Both the position numbers and the translations under genes were made by a program. 64,000 bases of DNA from Camelus dromedarius (lineage: Eukaryota): contig NC_087437.1 in assembly GCF_036321535.1 (NCBI RefSeq), positions 53,694,001 to 53,758,000 of the forward strand. Reading direction: 5' to 3'. Below, piece by piece: positions 26,590 to 39,379 of this stretch; positions within the stretch are counted from its first letter, which is position 1, and each line of letters starts with the position of its first letter. The notes beneath the pieces were generated by a model. That model was not told the origin of the DNA and did no database searches. It saw nothing but the letters and a program-made list of their open reading frames with translations.

Positions 26590-27260
26590 TGGCGACGATG
26601 AGTGACCTCCAGAAGCTACTGCTGTGGCATGGTTTGCTGCCTTCAACCCTGCTGGGTGGACCAGGCTGAGGGTGAGGTTGAGGAGGGAACTTTCTTACCC
26701 ATGCCCAGCAGCGGTTCTTTCAGGCGTCCTCACTTCAGCTTTTCCCAGGGGAGGGGCACGCGGACCTCGACGCATAGATTAGTGGGGGGCCAGTCGGCTA
26801 AGAGGAGCTGGGGTCTCGGTGGCTCTGAGCCTCAAAGACCCTTCTTCCTTCGCTGGCGTCTGCGGGCAGCAACGGTCCACGCCGACTACCTGCCGCCGTT
26901 CAACGGAAACTGAGGCCGGAAGTGCACGGCTGCACAGCACGTGGTTTCCCAGGCGACAGGCCCCCGCCCCCGCCTCCGGCCACGCCCCTCTGAGGAGCGG
27001 CCGGGGGCGGGGTGATTGCTGAGTATGATGCGCTCTGAGCCGCTGTGGAGTTCCAGTTACTCAGCTGTCCTTGGTCTGGCCTCAGTGCCTCATCTGCCGC
27101 CCCGCAAAGGGCTTAGCGCACAGCGCAGACTAGTGTTAGGTAAACTAGTAAAAGATTCTCATACCTTGGGAGGTGAGAGCCAGAGACAAACAGCCTGGCC
27201 TCGAGTGGGTCAACAAGCGAGGAACCGCCAAGGCCTCGAGGAGGCGCCCTCTTGTCCGTG
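26590..27260 (-). promoter_or_regulatory. CpG-island promoter (ETS/GABP, E-box, RFX X-box, SP/KLF GC boxes), probably transcribing leftward
   Basis: Dense CpGs. CCGGAAGTG 26916-26924, CACGTG 26938-26943, X-box-like GTTTCCCAGGCGAC 26944-26957, CCCCGCCCC 26962-26970, CCACGCCCC 26980-26988, GGGGCGGGG 27004-27012. Minus-strand donors CAG|GTAGTC (exon end 26890) and TGG|GTAAGA (exon end 26699). Confidence 0.8.
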
Positions 27261-28429
27261 AGCAACCTCAGGCTTTCAGAGACCAGGACCACCATTCTGA
27301 GCTGTTTCTTCCTCGATCACAAATGCCTTATCTCCCTGCCACGAGTCAAGATGATATGTCCATATCACAGATTTCTTAGGCAACTAAATTTTAAATGGTA
27401 CTTTTATTTTAAAATAATATTCACAAAAGTTAGTAAGATTGCCGCTAATACAGTATCTATGCTAATTTAGTTCTAACTTTAAAGGAATATCAAAGCTGTT
27501 AAATGTTAACAGTTTACCTCGTTCATCTTTGCAGTAACTGCAGTGGTATGCTGAAATCTTTTTCAGATTTGTAGTTGGAGATGCTATATTATAAGACCCT
27601 TCTTTGCAAACAAGTGGATATGAAAGTTCGAATTGTATACACAAAACCCTTCCTCCTTACACCGATTAAATCATCCAAGGGTAGACCAGGTATCTTATCT
27701 ACCTATGTTATCCTGCAAATATTGACTAGCATTTTTACATAATCACAAAAGGATTAATCACACAGATCTTTAAATCTAATCATCATACTCAAAGTCGGTA
27801 TATTTGCAAATCTGTCTTTAAGCCTATCCTTATTTAACCCATACAAAGATGGAAATTTTGAAAGGTATTGGTAAGTGAGTTTAACATGACATACATTTGT
27901 TGATTAAATCTCACCATAATTTCCTTCATTTAATGAGACTGATCTTATTTTCTTGCAGTGGAAGGACTTTAACTTTCAAATGCCTTTGAAAGATATGTTA
28001 GTCTTCTACTTTTTACTTTTTTGATTGAAGCAAAGCATTCCAGTCATCTCAAATAGTGAACAAAATATTTTAAAAGTGTTTTTCTTCTTAGACCTGGTTT
28101 TCTTATGCAGGCTAAGACATTCAAACTTTTACTGGTTGTTAATGGGAGACTTATATCATTCAAGGTAGTTCTCCTAGTTTTAGTAATGAATTCTATAATG
28201 CTGGGGTTATGATGGGGTTTTTCTTTTTTAAGTCTTGGAGACAGTGTTGTTTATGAAATGACATGACCCATGATGTTACTTCTTATCACTCAACTGCAGC
28301 TAGTACTCAGAAAATGATATCCAAATATGATTCTTTAAATTGTTTTCTTGAAATAACTTGTGTATCAATGTTAAAAACTTCATTGTATCTGTGGTTAGTA
28401 ACTTTGAAGGCAAAAAATAAACCTATCAG

Positions 28430-29770
28430 CATTTAAAAATTAAATTTTACAATTTGAGATAATTGTCCTTTCATGAGCAGTTGTCAGAAGTAATACAAGG
28501 AGATCCTCTGTGCCCTTTAGCCAGTTCTCCCCAAAGGTAACATCCTATAAACATATCCTAAAATATTCAACCAGGATATTGAGATTGATATAGTCAAGAT
28601 ACAGAACATTTCCATCACCAGAAGAATTCTTCATGTTGCTCTTTAATGGCCACACCCACTTACCACCTATCCCCACTCCGTCTTTAATCCATGGTAACTA
28701 CTAGTCTGTTTTCCATCTCTATAATTATGTCATTGAAGGATTGAAATATAAACAGAAACACTCAGTATGTAACCTTTTGGGATTGGCATTTTTTACTTGG
28801 CATAATTCTCTGGAGATTCATCTCAGCTGTTTTCTCTGAGTCATTTGTGCCTTTTTTGGTGCTGAGTAGTACTCTATGAGGAATATGCCACAATTTGTTT
28901 AACTCTTCACCAGCTGGAGGACATCTGGGCTGATTTCAGTTTTGGGCCTTTACAAATGAAGTTGCTGTGAACATTTATGTACAGGTTTCTGTGTAAGAAA
29001 TGCCCAGAAATGCAATTGCTGAGTTGCATGGTAAATGCATGTTCAGTTTTTCAGAAACTGCCAAATTGCTTTCTGGAGTGGCTGTATCATTTTATATTCC
29101 CACCAGCAAATTAGAGGTCATCTAATTTCTCTGCATTCTCACCAGCAGTTGGTGTTGTCACTATTTTTTATTTTAGTTATTCTTCTAGGTATGTAGTGAT
29201 ATCTCACTGTGGTTTTAATTTGCACTTCTCAGCTGGCTAATAATGTTGAATGTCTTTTTAAATGCTGGTTTGCAATCTATGTATCCTCTTCGGTGAACTG
29301 TTCGGGGTTTTTTTTTTTTATTATTGTGGTTTCCCCCACAGCTTTATTGAGGCATAATTGATAAGCGAAATTGTAAGGTATTTAAAGTGTACAACATGAT
29401 TTAATATACATATACATCATGAAAGTTTTCCTCTCATTGAATTAATTAAGGCAACCATCATATATTTACCTTTTTTTTGGGGGGGTGAGAACATTTAAGT
29501 TCTACTCTCAGCCAATTTCAATGATACAGCACAGTGTTATCAACTATAGATACCATGTTTTACATCAGAGCCTTAGACCTAATTCATCTTATAACTGAAA
29601 ATTTGTTCCCTTTTACCAACTTGTCTCTATTTTACTGTTGAGTTTTGAGAGTTTTTTTAAATACATAGTCTAAATACTAGCTCTTTGTCAGGCACGTGTT
29701 TTGCAGATATCTTCACTCATTCTGTAGCTTGTCTTATCTTCTTAACAGAGTCTTTCACAGAGCAAGTATT
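28430..29770 (-). mobile_element. L1MB-like 3' region with nested younger L1 3' end (about 29310-29630)
   Basis: Antisense L1 text (gaaactgccaaattgctttctggagtggctgtatcattttatattcccaccagcaa). The nested piece starts at a T-run and cagctttattgaggcataattg. Confidence 0.8.
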
Positions 29771-30969
29771 TTTAGCTTAGTTCTGTCATATTATTTAGTT
29801 TTATGTTTTTGTATCTTCATATCTACCACGCAGTGTGTTTTGTAATTGTTTAGAATGTGTGTGTTTATTTGAATACTTGAAAAGTATTTATTTTTGACCT
29901 AAAATAATTCTGACTGTAACTTAAAATGTTTAATACTATGTCTGTTTAGACAGAATCTAACTCCACATGGGGGGCAGCCACAAATTAGTGTATTTCCTTT
30001 GGCTTCCTCTTCCCCCCTCCATTCAATTTTAGTTGCCATTTTTCTTAGCACTTACCTTTGTATTGCTGAATAAACTTCCATTACTTTTACTTGATTTATC
30101 AGCTTCCAATGATATCTTTTGACCTCTTGCTATAAAGCACGAGTGATTTCAGCAAATACTAGTACCTACTAATTCTCCCAATTATTTTCTCAAATCTGTT
30201 ATATATATGTTGTTTCCATTCAGTCAGGATTATTACTTTTACATTCTGCATTGTTACCGTAACCCCTGCATTTGCTTTAATCTTTGTCCTACAGTAAAGT
30301 AGATCCATCTCAATGCCAGTCCTATTGTTTGTCTCATTTATCTCTTGGCTGACTGAAGTTCATCTTTCTAGCATTTTCTACTAGAAGGGCTCATCAAATA
30401 TTCAAAATGTTTATTTCTCACCTTTGCACTTGAGTGACATTTTGAATGTGTAAAATAGTCTTCGGTTATGATTTCTCTTGAGGATTTATAAGCATTGCTC
30501 CACAATTTACTGGAATGGAAATTTGCTCTTGAGAAATCTGAGATCAGCCTTGTTTTTGTCCTTTGTAAATGACTTACTATTTTTGCATAGCTCCCCAAAG
30601 AATTCTTTGTCTTTGAAGTTCAGTAACTTTGTTTTACGGGAGGTCTCTGTGTTACTTTTTCCTGGGACACTGTATGTTCTTTCAATTTTGCAATCAAATC
30701 TTTAATTTTTTAAACTTTTGTGGTAAAATAGTCATAATTTTCAAGTTATCCAAAGCAACTTTTTTTCCTCTGATAAATGTCCTTTATATCCTGTTTGTTT
30801 TCTTTTCTTTTCTTCATTTGTTTTTAATAGGATCCTTGCATGGATCTTTAGCATAGTTGCTTTGGTGACTTCATTTTTGACAGAGATGAGGTTTTTCTCT
30901 GCATCAGAGGGGTTTCTCCTCTTTAGAATCCTTCCTTGGCTGGTTTTTAGGGCAGATGTTGAAACCCGG

Positions 30970-31890
30970 ATTTTTTAAAAAATTATTTTATTGTGGTCAG
31001 GACACATAACATGAGAGCTAGCCTCTTAACAAATTTTTAAGAGTGTCATTCATTGTTGTTGACTACAGAGGCAATGCTGGACAGTAGTCTCTAGAGCTTA
31101 TTCATCTTGCTTAACTGAAACTTTATGCCCATGGTTAGTAACTCCCTGCTTTCTCCTCCCAAGCCCCTGGCAACCACCATTCTACTCTTCGACTCTGAAT
31201 TTGACTGTTTTAGACACCTCAAATAAGTGGAATCATGCACCATTTCAGTGACTGGCTTATTTCAATGAGTATAATGTTCTCAAGGCTCATCCATGTTGTC
31301 AGATATTGTCCTTCTTTTTTTTAAGGCTCAGTGGTATTTCATTGAATATATATACCACATTTTCTTTATCCATTTATCAACAGACATTTGGGTTGTTTCC
31401 ACATCTCGGCTATTGTGTATAGTGTAGCAGTGAACACGAAAGTCCTAATGTTTCTTTGAGACCCTGATTTCAATTCTTGTGAATAAATCCCCAGAAGTAG
31501 GATTAGTGGATCACACAGTAGTTAAAGGTTTAATCTTCAAAATAGATAAGGAGTTCCTACAACTCAACTAGCATAAAACCCAATAATCCAATTGAAAAAT
31601 GGGCTAAGGACTTGAATATATATTTTGCCAAAGAAGACATACAACTGGCCAACAGATATTTTTAAAAATGCTCAACATCATTAATCATCAGAGAAATGCA
31701 AATCAAAATGACAATGTGATATTGTCTTATACCCCCGTCATGATAACTATTAGTCAAAAAAAAAAAAAAAAAAAAGACAACAAGTGTTGATGAGGACGTT
31801 GAGGAATTGGAACCCTTGTGCACTGTTGGTGGGAATGCAAAATGCTGTAGCTGCTGTGGAAAGCAGTATGGAGTTTCCTAAAAACATTGA
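30970..31890 (-). mobile_element. L1 with 5' inversion (twin-priming structure)
   Basis: 30970-31522 is an antisense L1 3' end. 31523-31890 is the immediately upstream ORF2 C-terminal segment in the opposite orientation. Confidence 0.75.
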
Positions 31891-32819
31891 GTCTCTTGGG
31901 TCGATCCTCTGATTTTCTTATCTCTTTTCTCCTGTGTTCTCTTCGCCTTTTTGTTGTTGTTCTGATTTCTTAGCAATCTCCTCAACGTTACCTTTCAATT
32001 CTTTTATTTCAATTTTGATTTTTCCTAAAGACTCTTAAAATTTCTAAGAATGATTTTTATTCTTCAAGTACTCTATAGCCTTCTTGTTTCATGTATGCAA
32101 TATCTTTAATCTTTCAGAGGGCATTAATTATAGTTTTGAGTTATTTTTCTCTGCTTCTTGCATTGCCTTTCTTCAACTCCTTTTTTTTGCAGGGGGGTCT
32201 ACTTTTGTGACTTTCACATTATATTCTTTCTTCAAATGTCTTGTGATCTTTGGCTCCCTTTTCTTACTTAAAAGAGGCACTGAAATTGGAAGTGCTCTGG
32301 TGGGGATTGTAGGCTGGTGAGCCTCACTACAGGGTAGCTGGGCAGCAAGAGACCCAGCCTTTTTTGGGGGGGAGGGGTTACCCCATTATGTCAGTACTTG
32401 TAGGCTACTCAGTCTAACTATGGAGAACTTCTCCCATGTCCTGCTTGGGGAGGGAGATAATAACACACTTGCTTTCCAACATTTTGGAAGCCAAGAGAGA
32501 GAAGTTTACTTTAATAAGCAGATTTTCCTCTCATCTCCCTGTTTTGAGTGTGTTGACTCATTTTTACTTTCAGCCATTTCTGGTCCTTCTGCCTCAAGTC
32601 AAGTCGACCCACGTCGTCATTTTCTGAGAGTAAACTTCTTGTTTGTGCAGTTAACTGGCTGCTTGAACTGAAGGAAGAAATCTGGGATTCTAACCCCTCT
32701 TCAAACTGACTTTCAGTTAGTTCTTTTGAAGTTTGGCCTCACTCAGAACCCCTGTCCTCAGAGAATACCAGGTGCTTATCATTCCCAAAACTCTGGGTTT
32801 TGATACCTTACTTATTGCA

Positions 32820-32985
32820 GTGCTTTTCAAACTTAATTTGCATAAAAATCACCTGAAAAGCTTGCTGAAGCACAGTTATCAGGACCCACTCCCAGAGATT
32901 CTTATTCACTAGGTCTATGGTGGGGCCAGAGTGTTGGAGTTCTAACAAGCTTCCAGGTGGTGCTGATGCCTCAGGTGAGTGATGC
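32820..32985. mobile_element. MER5A-like hAT element
   Basis: cagtgcttttcaaactt...aatcacctg...cccagagattcttattca...tctaacaagcttccaggtggtgctgatgc. Confidence 0.7.
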
Positions 32986-33049
32986 ATTCTGCTTTTACCT
33001 GCAGGCACTTCACTTCCAGTTTTCTGACTACTGATGATTTACTTTTTGT

Positions 33050-33189
33050 GTGTGTGTGTGTAACATTTTTATTTTTTAAAATATTTTTTATTGCGTTATA
33101 GTCATTTTACAATGTTGTGTCAAATTCCAGTGTAGAGCACAATTTTTCAGTTATACATGAACATACATATATTCATTGTCACTTTTTTT
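33050..33189 (-). mobile_element. Short, young 5'-truncated L1 3' end
   Basis: Perfect direct repeat TGATGATTTACTTTTTGT at 33032-33049 and 33190-33207 flanking antisense L1 tail sequence. Confidence 0.8.
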
Positions 33190-33603
33190 TGATGATTTAC
33201 TTTTTGTTAGTACTCATCTGACCGATTCTGTTTTCTAAAGTTGTATTAAATTCTCCTGACCTTTATAGTCTCACTTCCCATTCTGTCTGTCCTAATAAAT
33301 TTATATTAAAAAATCATTTTATCTGGTATTTATGTGGTGTGGGAAGGGAGTAGAAATAAAGGCAAGTATTTAGGTTGCTGCCATTTCTAACCAGAAGTCT
33401 AATTTGATTATATGTAAGCCTGGGGCAAATCCTCTGGTGACCTCCTCACCTGTTCAAATAGCTCCTCGTCTATTCCTCCCAAAGGTTCTTCCAAACCACC
33501 ATCACTTCTCCTCAAGCCTTCATCCTAACTTTTCATATGTATCTTCCACCTGGTAGAACCTTCTCTTCAACTTCATTCCTTTAGTTTCCTGCCTGCACAC
33601 CCG

Positions 33604-34078
33604 TGTCAACCAAAAAACAATGCAGGAGGCTGCAAATAAGCAAAGCATTTATTTAAGGTCTTGAGAATTGCAATTCAGGAGAACCCGACTTGGGTAAAAC
33701 CTAAAGAATGTTCTGGGGAAGAGAAAGAGTCAGGGGATTAGAAAGACAAAAAGCCACAAGGTTGTTAAAAATTGCCTGGCGAGAACTGTGATCGACTGAT
33801 GCAAGTCAGGAAATATTTGTCCTTAAGGACTCACAATTTATTTTAGGGTAGGAGTTTGATAAGTAGAGAGGCTGTCTCAAGTCATTTTAGGATAAGGATC
33901 TAACAAGTATCCTGAGTTTCTGGTAGATATTCTGGATGTCTTTTTAGGACAAGAAAGTAGTCAAAAGGTCAGGTTCCATCCAGGCTGAGATGTGCATAAG
34001 TCACACTTCCTCAGTGGCCTCCTGGCTCCCTTTTAGCTCTCTTAGCAATACCAACTCCATTTTGATTTTTCTTTCACA
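33604..34078 (-). mobile_element. ERV1-type solo LTR
   Basis: TG...CA termini (minus-strand start TGTGAAAGAAAAATCAAAATGG), minus-strand AATAAA near 33650, 4-bp flanks CCCG/CCTG. Confidence 0.75.
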
Positions 34079-37000
34079 CCTGAATCTTTGTCTAGTTATC
34101 ACCTCCTATTTTGTCTAGTCCCAGAAGAATAAGAACTTACTCTTCTGTTCAGGAAAATTCCCTTATCTTGTGCTATCATTTATTCTCTCAGAATTCTGTA
34201 TTTTCAATCCCTCCCTCTCTATGGGTGCTGTAAACTAGTGCATGTCTCTCTCCTATTTATAAAATAGGTAAAACAACAACTGCCTCCCCACCCCCACCAA
34301 AATGATCCCTGGAATCTTGGTTGGCCTCTTGCTTATTTTAGCTCTTTCTCTCTTGGGTCTGAACTTTGGGGAGTCTTGTGCTTGAAGTATTTTTAGGTGA
34401 TGAATAATAGATGGCCACTGACATCAACAAGGTCAGTAGCTGACAGAGGACCCAGTAAAGAGAAGCACATGATGGGTTGGGGTTTGGGGGCTCTGAGCCG
34501 AGGTACACATGGTACCCAGCTGTGTGTTCTAAGGTGTCATTCCTTTCATTTATTTTTGAGGTTGGAAATAGTATGCTCATAATTACAACATAAACTAGTC
34601 CAGCACTGGCTTAAACAAACAGGAATTTATTTTCCTCACATAAGTCTGGAGGGAGGCCATGGCTCAGAGATGTCAGGATAAGCAACCATCTGATGCTTTT
34701 GATTGCAAGTTGGCTGCTAGCTCCTGACCAACACAGAGGGTGGATCTCAAGGAATGAGAACCAGAGACTGTTAAGTTCAACTATCTCCCCAAAGAGTAGA
34801 TTCTTCCTTGCCCTGATAGTTTTGGGGAATACAGTATCAGTTTAATAAAGGAACCCCTTTCCCAACAGTCATCTCTGTGAGTTACAAGGGCAGCCATGAT
34901 TTTCCTGTTTCTGTCCTGGCTCTCTACTGTGGGGCATTGCTCTATCTGCCAACCACAGGCTCTGCTGACACTCTTCTGGATCTGTCCATTTCACTGAATC
35001 CTGCTGCTCCTGTTTCTGCATTGCCATTTTCCAGCTGCACACCATCCTCGTTGCTGGATATTTTTGATACTTGCTTTCTTTTGCACTCTACTATCTTTTC
35101 TCAAGAACCATCATCTCCCAACAGGTATCACCTTGTCCCACTGGGCATTGCTGCTGCTGTCCTGGGTACCATAGTTCCACTGGGATTGATGATCATGATG
35201 CAGTGGAGCTACCATGTGCCAAAGCCCCATGGCATTCCATCCGGGAGAACACCCCTCTCCTTTGTGTTTTATATTTGGTCACTGGGCGCTACGATCGTGA
35301 TGCTGTCTGTGCCTCAGTGTTCAACATGATAAGTAGTGAAATAGTGCTTTTATTTTCATTCCACCTTCTGCTCCACCCTCATTTCCTAGAACATATGACA
35401 AACCACTCAGCGGTGAGTTATCCTCAAAATGGTCTCTCCCCATCTGATTTCACCGGGTCATCAAGTCATTCTGTCCAAACTTGCCCCCCATTTCCCATGA
35501 TCACTGCTTTCAATGAGCTGGTGTAGCCAGGGAGATGCCACAGGAGGGGATGGGGCAACACTTTTCAAGCACACTTTTCCAATTATACTTGCATCCTGAC
35601 CCTGGAAAATACTGAAGTGATAATTTTCTATTGTTAGAATCTGATAGCACTTTCTTGTTCACCATCATCCATCAAGTGTGAACCTTTTAAAAAAACAACA
35701 CAACAGCACAACCTGGAGATATCATTCCTGAAAGAGTCTACAGGGGGTCAACTTCACAAATTATTTGAGATGGAAGAGATTTTAAAGAATGGCCTCTAAT
35801 CATACTACACTTCACTTCCACGTGGGAAAACTGAGAATAATATCACATGGTGTGCTGGCTTCCCAACACCTAACTCTCTGCCCATCTCATGAATTCCTTA
35901 GTTTTTGTTGGAATCACATGAGAGGAAATCTTTTGTAGTTGTTAAAAGCCTGGGCTTCAAAGTCAGACTAGCCTGGGTAACATTTTGGTTCTATGTGGTT
36001 TTGGTCAAGTTCTCTTTGAGCCTAGGTTTCTTCACCCTTTAAGTAAATGTATTTATGGGATCTACTGCATTGGTATTATATCAGGATTACGTGAGATAAT
36101 GCATGCAAACTCTACATAGCTACTTAATAAAGCTCATCTAATATTAATTTACACAGATTATTAAATTTTTGCATTGTATATCTTATCTCTCAAGAATTAT
36201 TAGGTAACCTTACATTGTCTCTCAACTATGTTTACAGGGATTATGCTCATGGCTTAAACGACTTCCCTTCTCTCCCGTCTTTCCTTTGCTGGATCCCCCA
36301 GCTGCCTAGGACCTGTCTTTACCCTTAGCCCTCCTGCTCTACTTGGTGGTTTTTGCAGATTCTGGCAGGGCTCTTACTCACTTATTTTCCTCTCAGACCC
36401 TCTTTTCACACATGACTAGTTGGGCAAGATGCTTCTCAATCTCATCCTATCTGCATCATTCTCTGAAAAAATATCTTTCAGTTTCTGGGTCACTGGGGAC
36501 ACTATTCCCTGTGGTCCAGGGCTGTTACAGATGATTACTCAACATTTATATACTTTTTTGGTGTGTTTTGATGAAGTTTGGCCAGAAGGGGTGCTAAGAG
36601 TATGAACTCCAAAGAGCATCTTGGCAAGGATGCCTTGGCAGATCCCCAGCCCCTATGCCCTGGGCCAGGGGGATGGCAGTTGGGTTTAAGTTTCTCACAA
36701 TTCTGATTCCAACAGAAGCCCCACTCCTCCTCTGGTTCACCCCTCACAAAGCTCTGGATGGCCCTGGGGAGCACATAAAACTGTCTCCCTCCAGTAGCAC
36801 CTATGCCCCCATTCCTTGGCCAATCTGCCCTTTCATGACTCAGGCCAAGGTGTGAATTTTAGCTAGACTAATTATTAGATTCCTCTAGGATAAAGGCTTC
36901 TCAAAACAAATAGACTAGGGATTCAGATCCCCAGAGATGTGCCTTTAGATAAATACCCTATGTGGGGAAGACACAGTTTGGATAGGAGAAAGAGGCAGAG

Positions 37001-37121
37001 TTATGTAAGAAGTAAAAATGGCATTTTTTAGACTCCAACTCATGATAACACTTGGAATTTTTCCAAACCGTAGCAACTTTTGTTGCTGAGAAAGCAAACA
37101 GCGATAAGGTGCTGAGTAGAG

Positions 37122-37567
37122 TGTGAAAATTAATAATGGAATACTCCAATTAAAACTGGGAGTCAGGAAGGCCTGTAGAGGGAGCTCTCGCACCCTCCAC
37201 TCGTCTTCAATTATAGATCCCAACAGGAAGTTGCATGTTTGTCAGGAAGCGACATTATTTTACTATCCTGGCAGGAGGAAGGAATATCTTCTTCTCGCCC
37301 AGCAACAAGCCCAGCCAATGGGAAAATGCCACTGCTCAGCCAATAAGAAGCCATCGTCACCCTGAACTCTTGCTTTCTTCCAATGAATTTTCATTTTTCT
37401 CTTGCTGATAGTTCCAGGTCCCACCCTCCTTTCTATAAATAGCCTTTCATTTTGTACTCCTCAGAGTATCTCTGTGCTTGCCAGATAAGATGCTGCCCCA
37501 TTCGTGAGTCATTTAATCAAGCCAATTAGATCTCCAAATCTACTCAGTTGAATTTTGTTTTTCAATA
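37122..37567 (+). mobile_element. ERV1-type solo LTR
   Basis: Starts TGTGAAAATTAATAATGG. Contains CCAAT boxes and TATAAAT (about 37434). Ends ...actcagttgaattttgtttttcaata. Confidence 0.7.
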
Positions 37568-39379
37568 AGGGTAACTAAAGTTTCTGCTTAACTGATCAAC
37601 TTACCTCCCTCCTTATGGCATAATTTTGAGTGAACATCTTTCTCTGAGCAATAGGATGGATTGTGCCCTAGCCTGTCCCACCTGTTCCCCCAACATGGAG
37701 ACCATGGATGTCTCCAGTGCATCAGCAGTGTGTCCAGACTGTTCACTGAGGCCCAGGGTTCCTGCCAAGTAATGAGGTGGGCAGGGATGGTGTGGGAGGA
37801 GAATAGGGGAGGTTGTAGACTAAATCTGAAGATAGGCAAAGAGAGAGAGAGGGTTTACATAAACATCTCTAATATGGGCAGTTCTGAAGTCTTGATTCCA
37901 CCCCTATAAAGGATGTTGAGGATCACCATCCCTGCTTTGGCCCCAGCCCTGCCTTTCACAGCCCTGTCTGTCCATGGATCTACAGGTAAAAAACTCCTAC
38001 CTGACCCGGAAGGTCTCTTGGCATCTTCCTTTTCCATCATCATATTCCAGTTGCAGCCCACTGCAAGACTGAGCTCCGCCCAGGGTATCAGAGTTGATTG
38101 CCCCTCCCCTCCCCTGGTCAAGGGCACTTCCCCTTGTTCTGCTAGATTTTCTGGTTGGTATTTCTTCCCAGGAACTCTGCACCTTCATCTTTTATACTCT
38201 GTCCTCAACCCTCTTCACCTCCTTCTGTTTCTCCCTTCATCTTTTCTTCCTTCCTTTCCCCCACCTCTTCCTACTTTGTTACGTACTCTCCTTCACACTA
38301 TCTTCCTTTAAAAATTTCGTTTTGGACTTTCCTGGTTCTTTCTCTCTTTTTAGCCCCTCTCTCAGCATCTCTCTTCTCTTCTTGTGTAACTCCAGGCTTC
38401 ACTTTGCTACTTAATTTCTCAGTCTCTGTTTTTCTTTCTCCCAGTCTCTGTGTGTTTCTACCTTCTTGCTCACATTCTAACCTCTTTCTTTCCCTTTCCT
38501 AGAAAAAAAAACCTTAATGTGAAATGTAAACATATACACAAAGGACACAGACCATTAATGTAAAATTTAGCAATTAATTATAAATTGGGCACCTATGTAA
38601 CTTCTGCAAAGGTGGAAAAGAGATTAATGCTAGGACTTACACCTCCAGTATGTCCATCCTGACCATGAGCACCTCAATCCTCATAAGCCTCACTTCTGTG
38701 ACTATCATTTCCTTGCTCTATTTTATAGTTTGACCACCTGTGTACGCCTCCTAAATAATGTTGTTTAGTTTTGCCTAGTTTTGAATGTTATCTACATGGA
38801 ATCATGTTTTTTGTGTCTTCTTTCACATTAGGTTTGTAAGATTCATCAGTGTTGCTGCTTGTAGCTATAGTTCATTTTCTTTGCTGCCTATTACTCACTG
38901 GACGGACATAATGAAATGTATACAATCTATCCGACATCAAACGGTAGTTATCAGAATACCTGGTTCACCTTTAAAAATAAGAGCTGGATTTGCTGCCCCC
39001 TTGTGTCTTTCAACAACTACAACAACGTCATCACATATACCCTTTCTTAATCCTAACAGGCAAACAAAGGGCTCCAAAACCTAGCTAGAGTTTCACCAGG
39101 CCAGCTTGCTCAAATTACACCTGGGGGCTACGGAGACCACACCTTTCAGCTGCAAAAAGCTTTACTAAGGGAGAGACTTTCATTACCAGCCTCCAACCTT
39201 AGCTCTGACTCTGTTGAGGTTTAAGTTATCAGGACCGAAAGAAATTTAGCATAGATTTACCAAATCCAGGTGGAGGGGGGGTGCTCAGGCGCCTAAAAGA
39301 ATGTTTTAGAAAAGATATCTTTTACAATGTTATTAACTCAGATACCAAGTCCTACTCTGAAAGCAGGCTGGGGAAATTC

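Noticed and set aside
37913..38502. Several overlapping hydrophobic ORFs over 100 aa
   Set aside because: Products of a pyrimidine-rich low-complexity tract that lacks stop codons.
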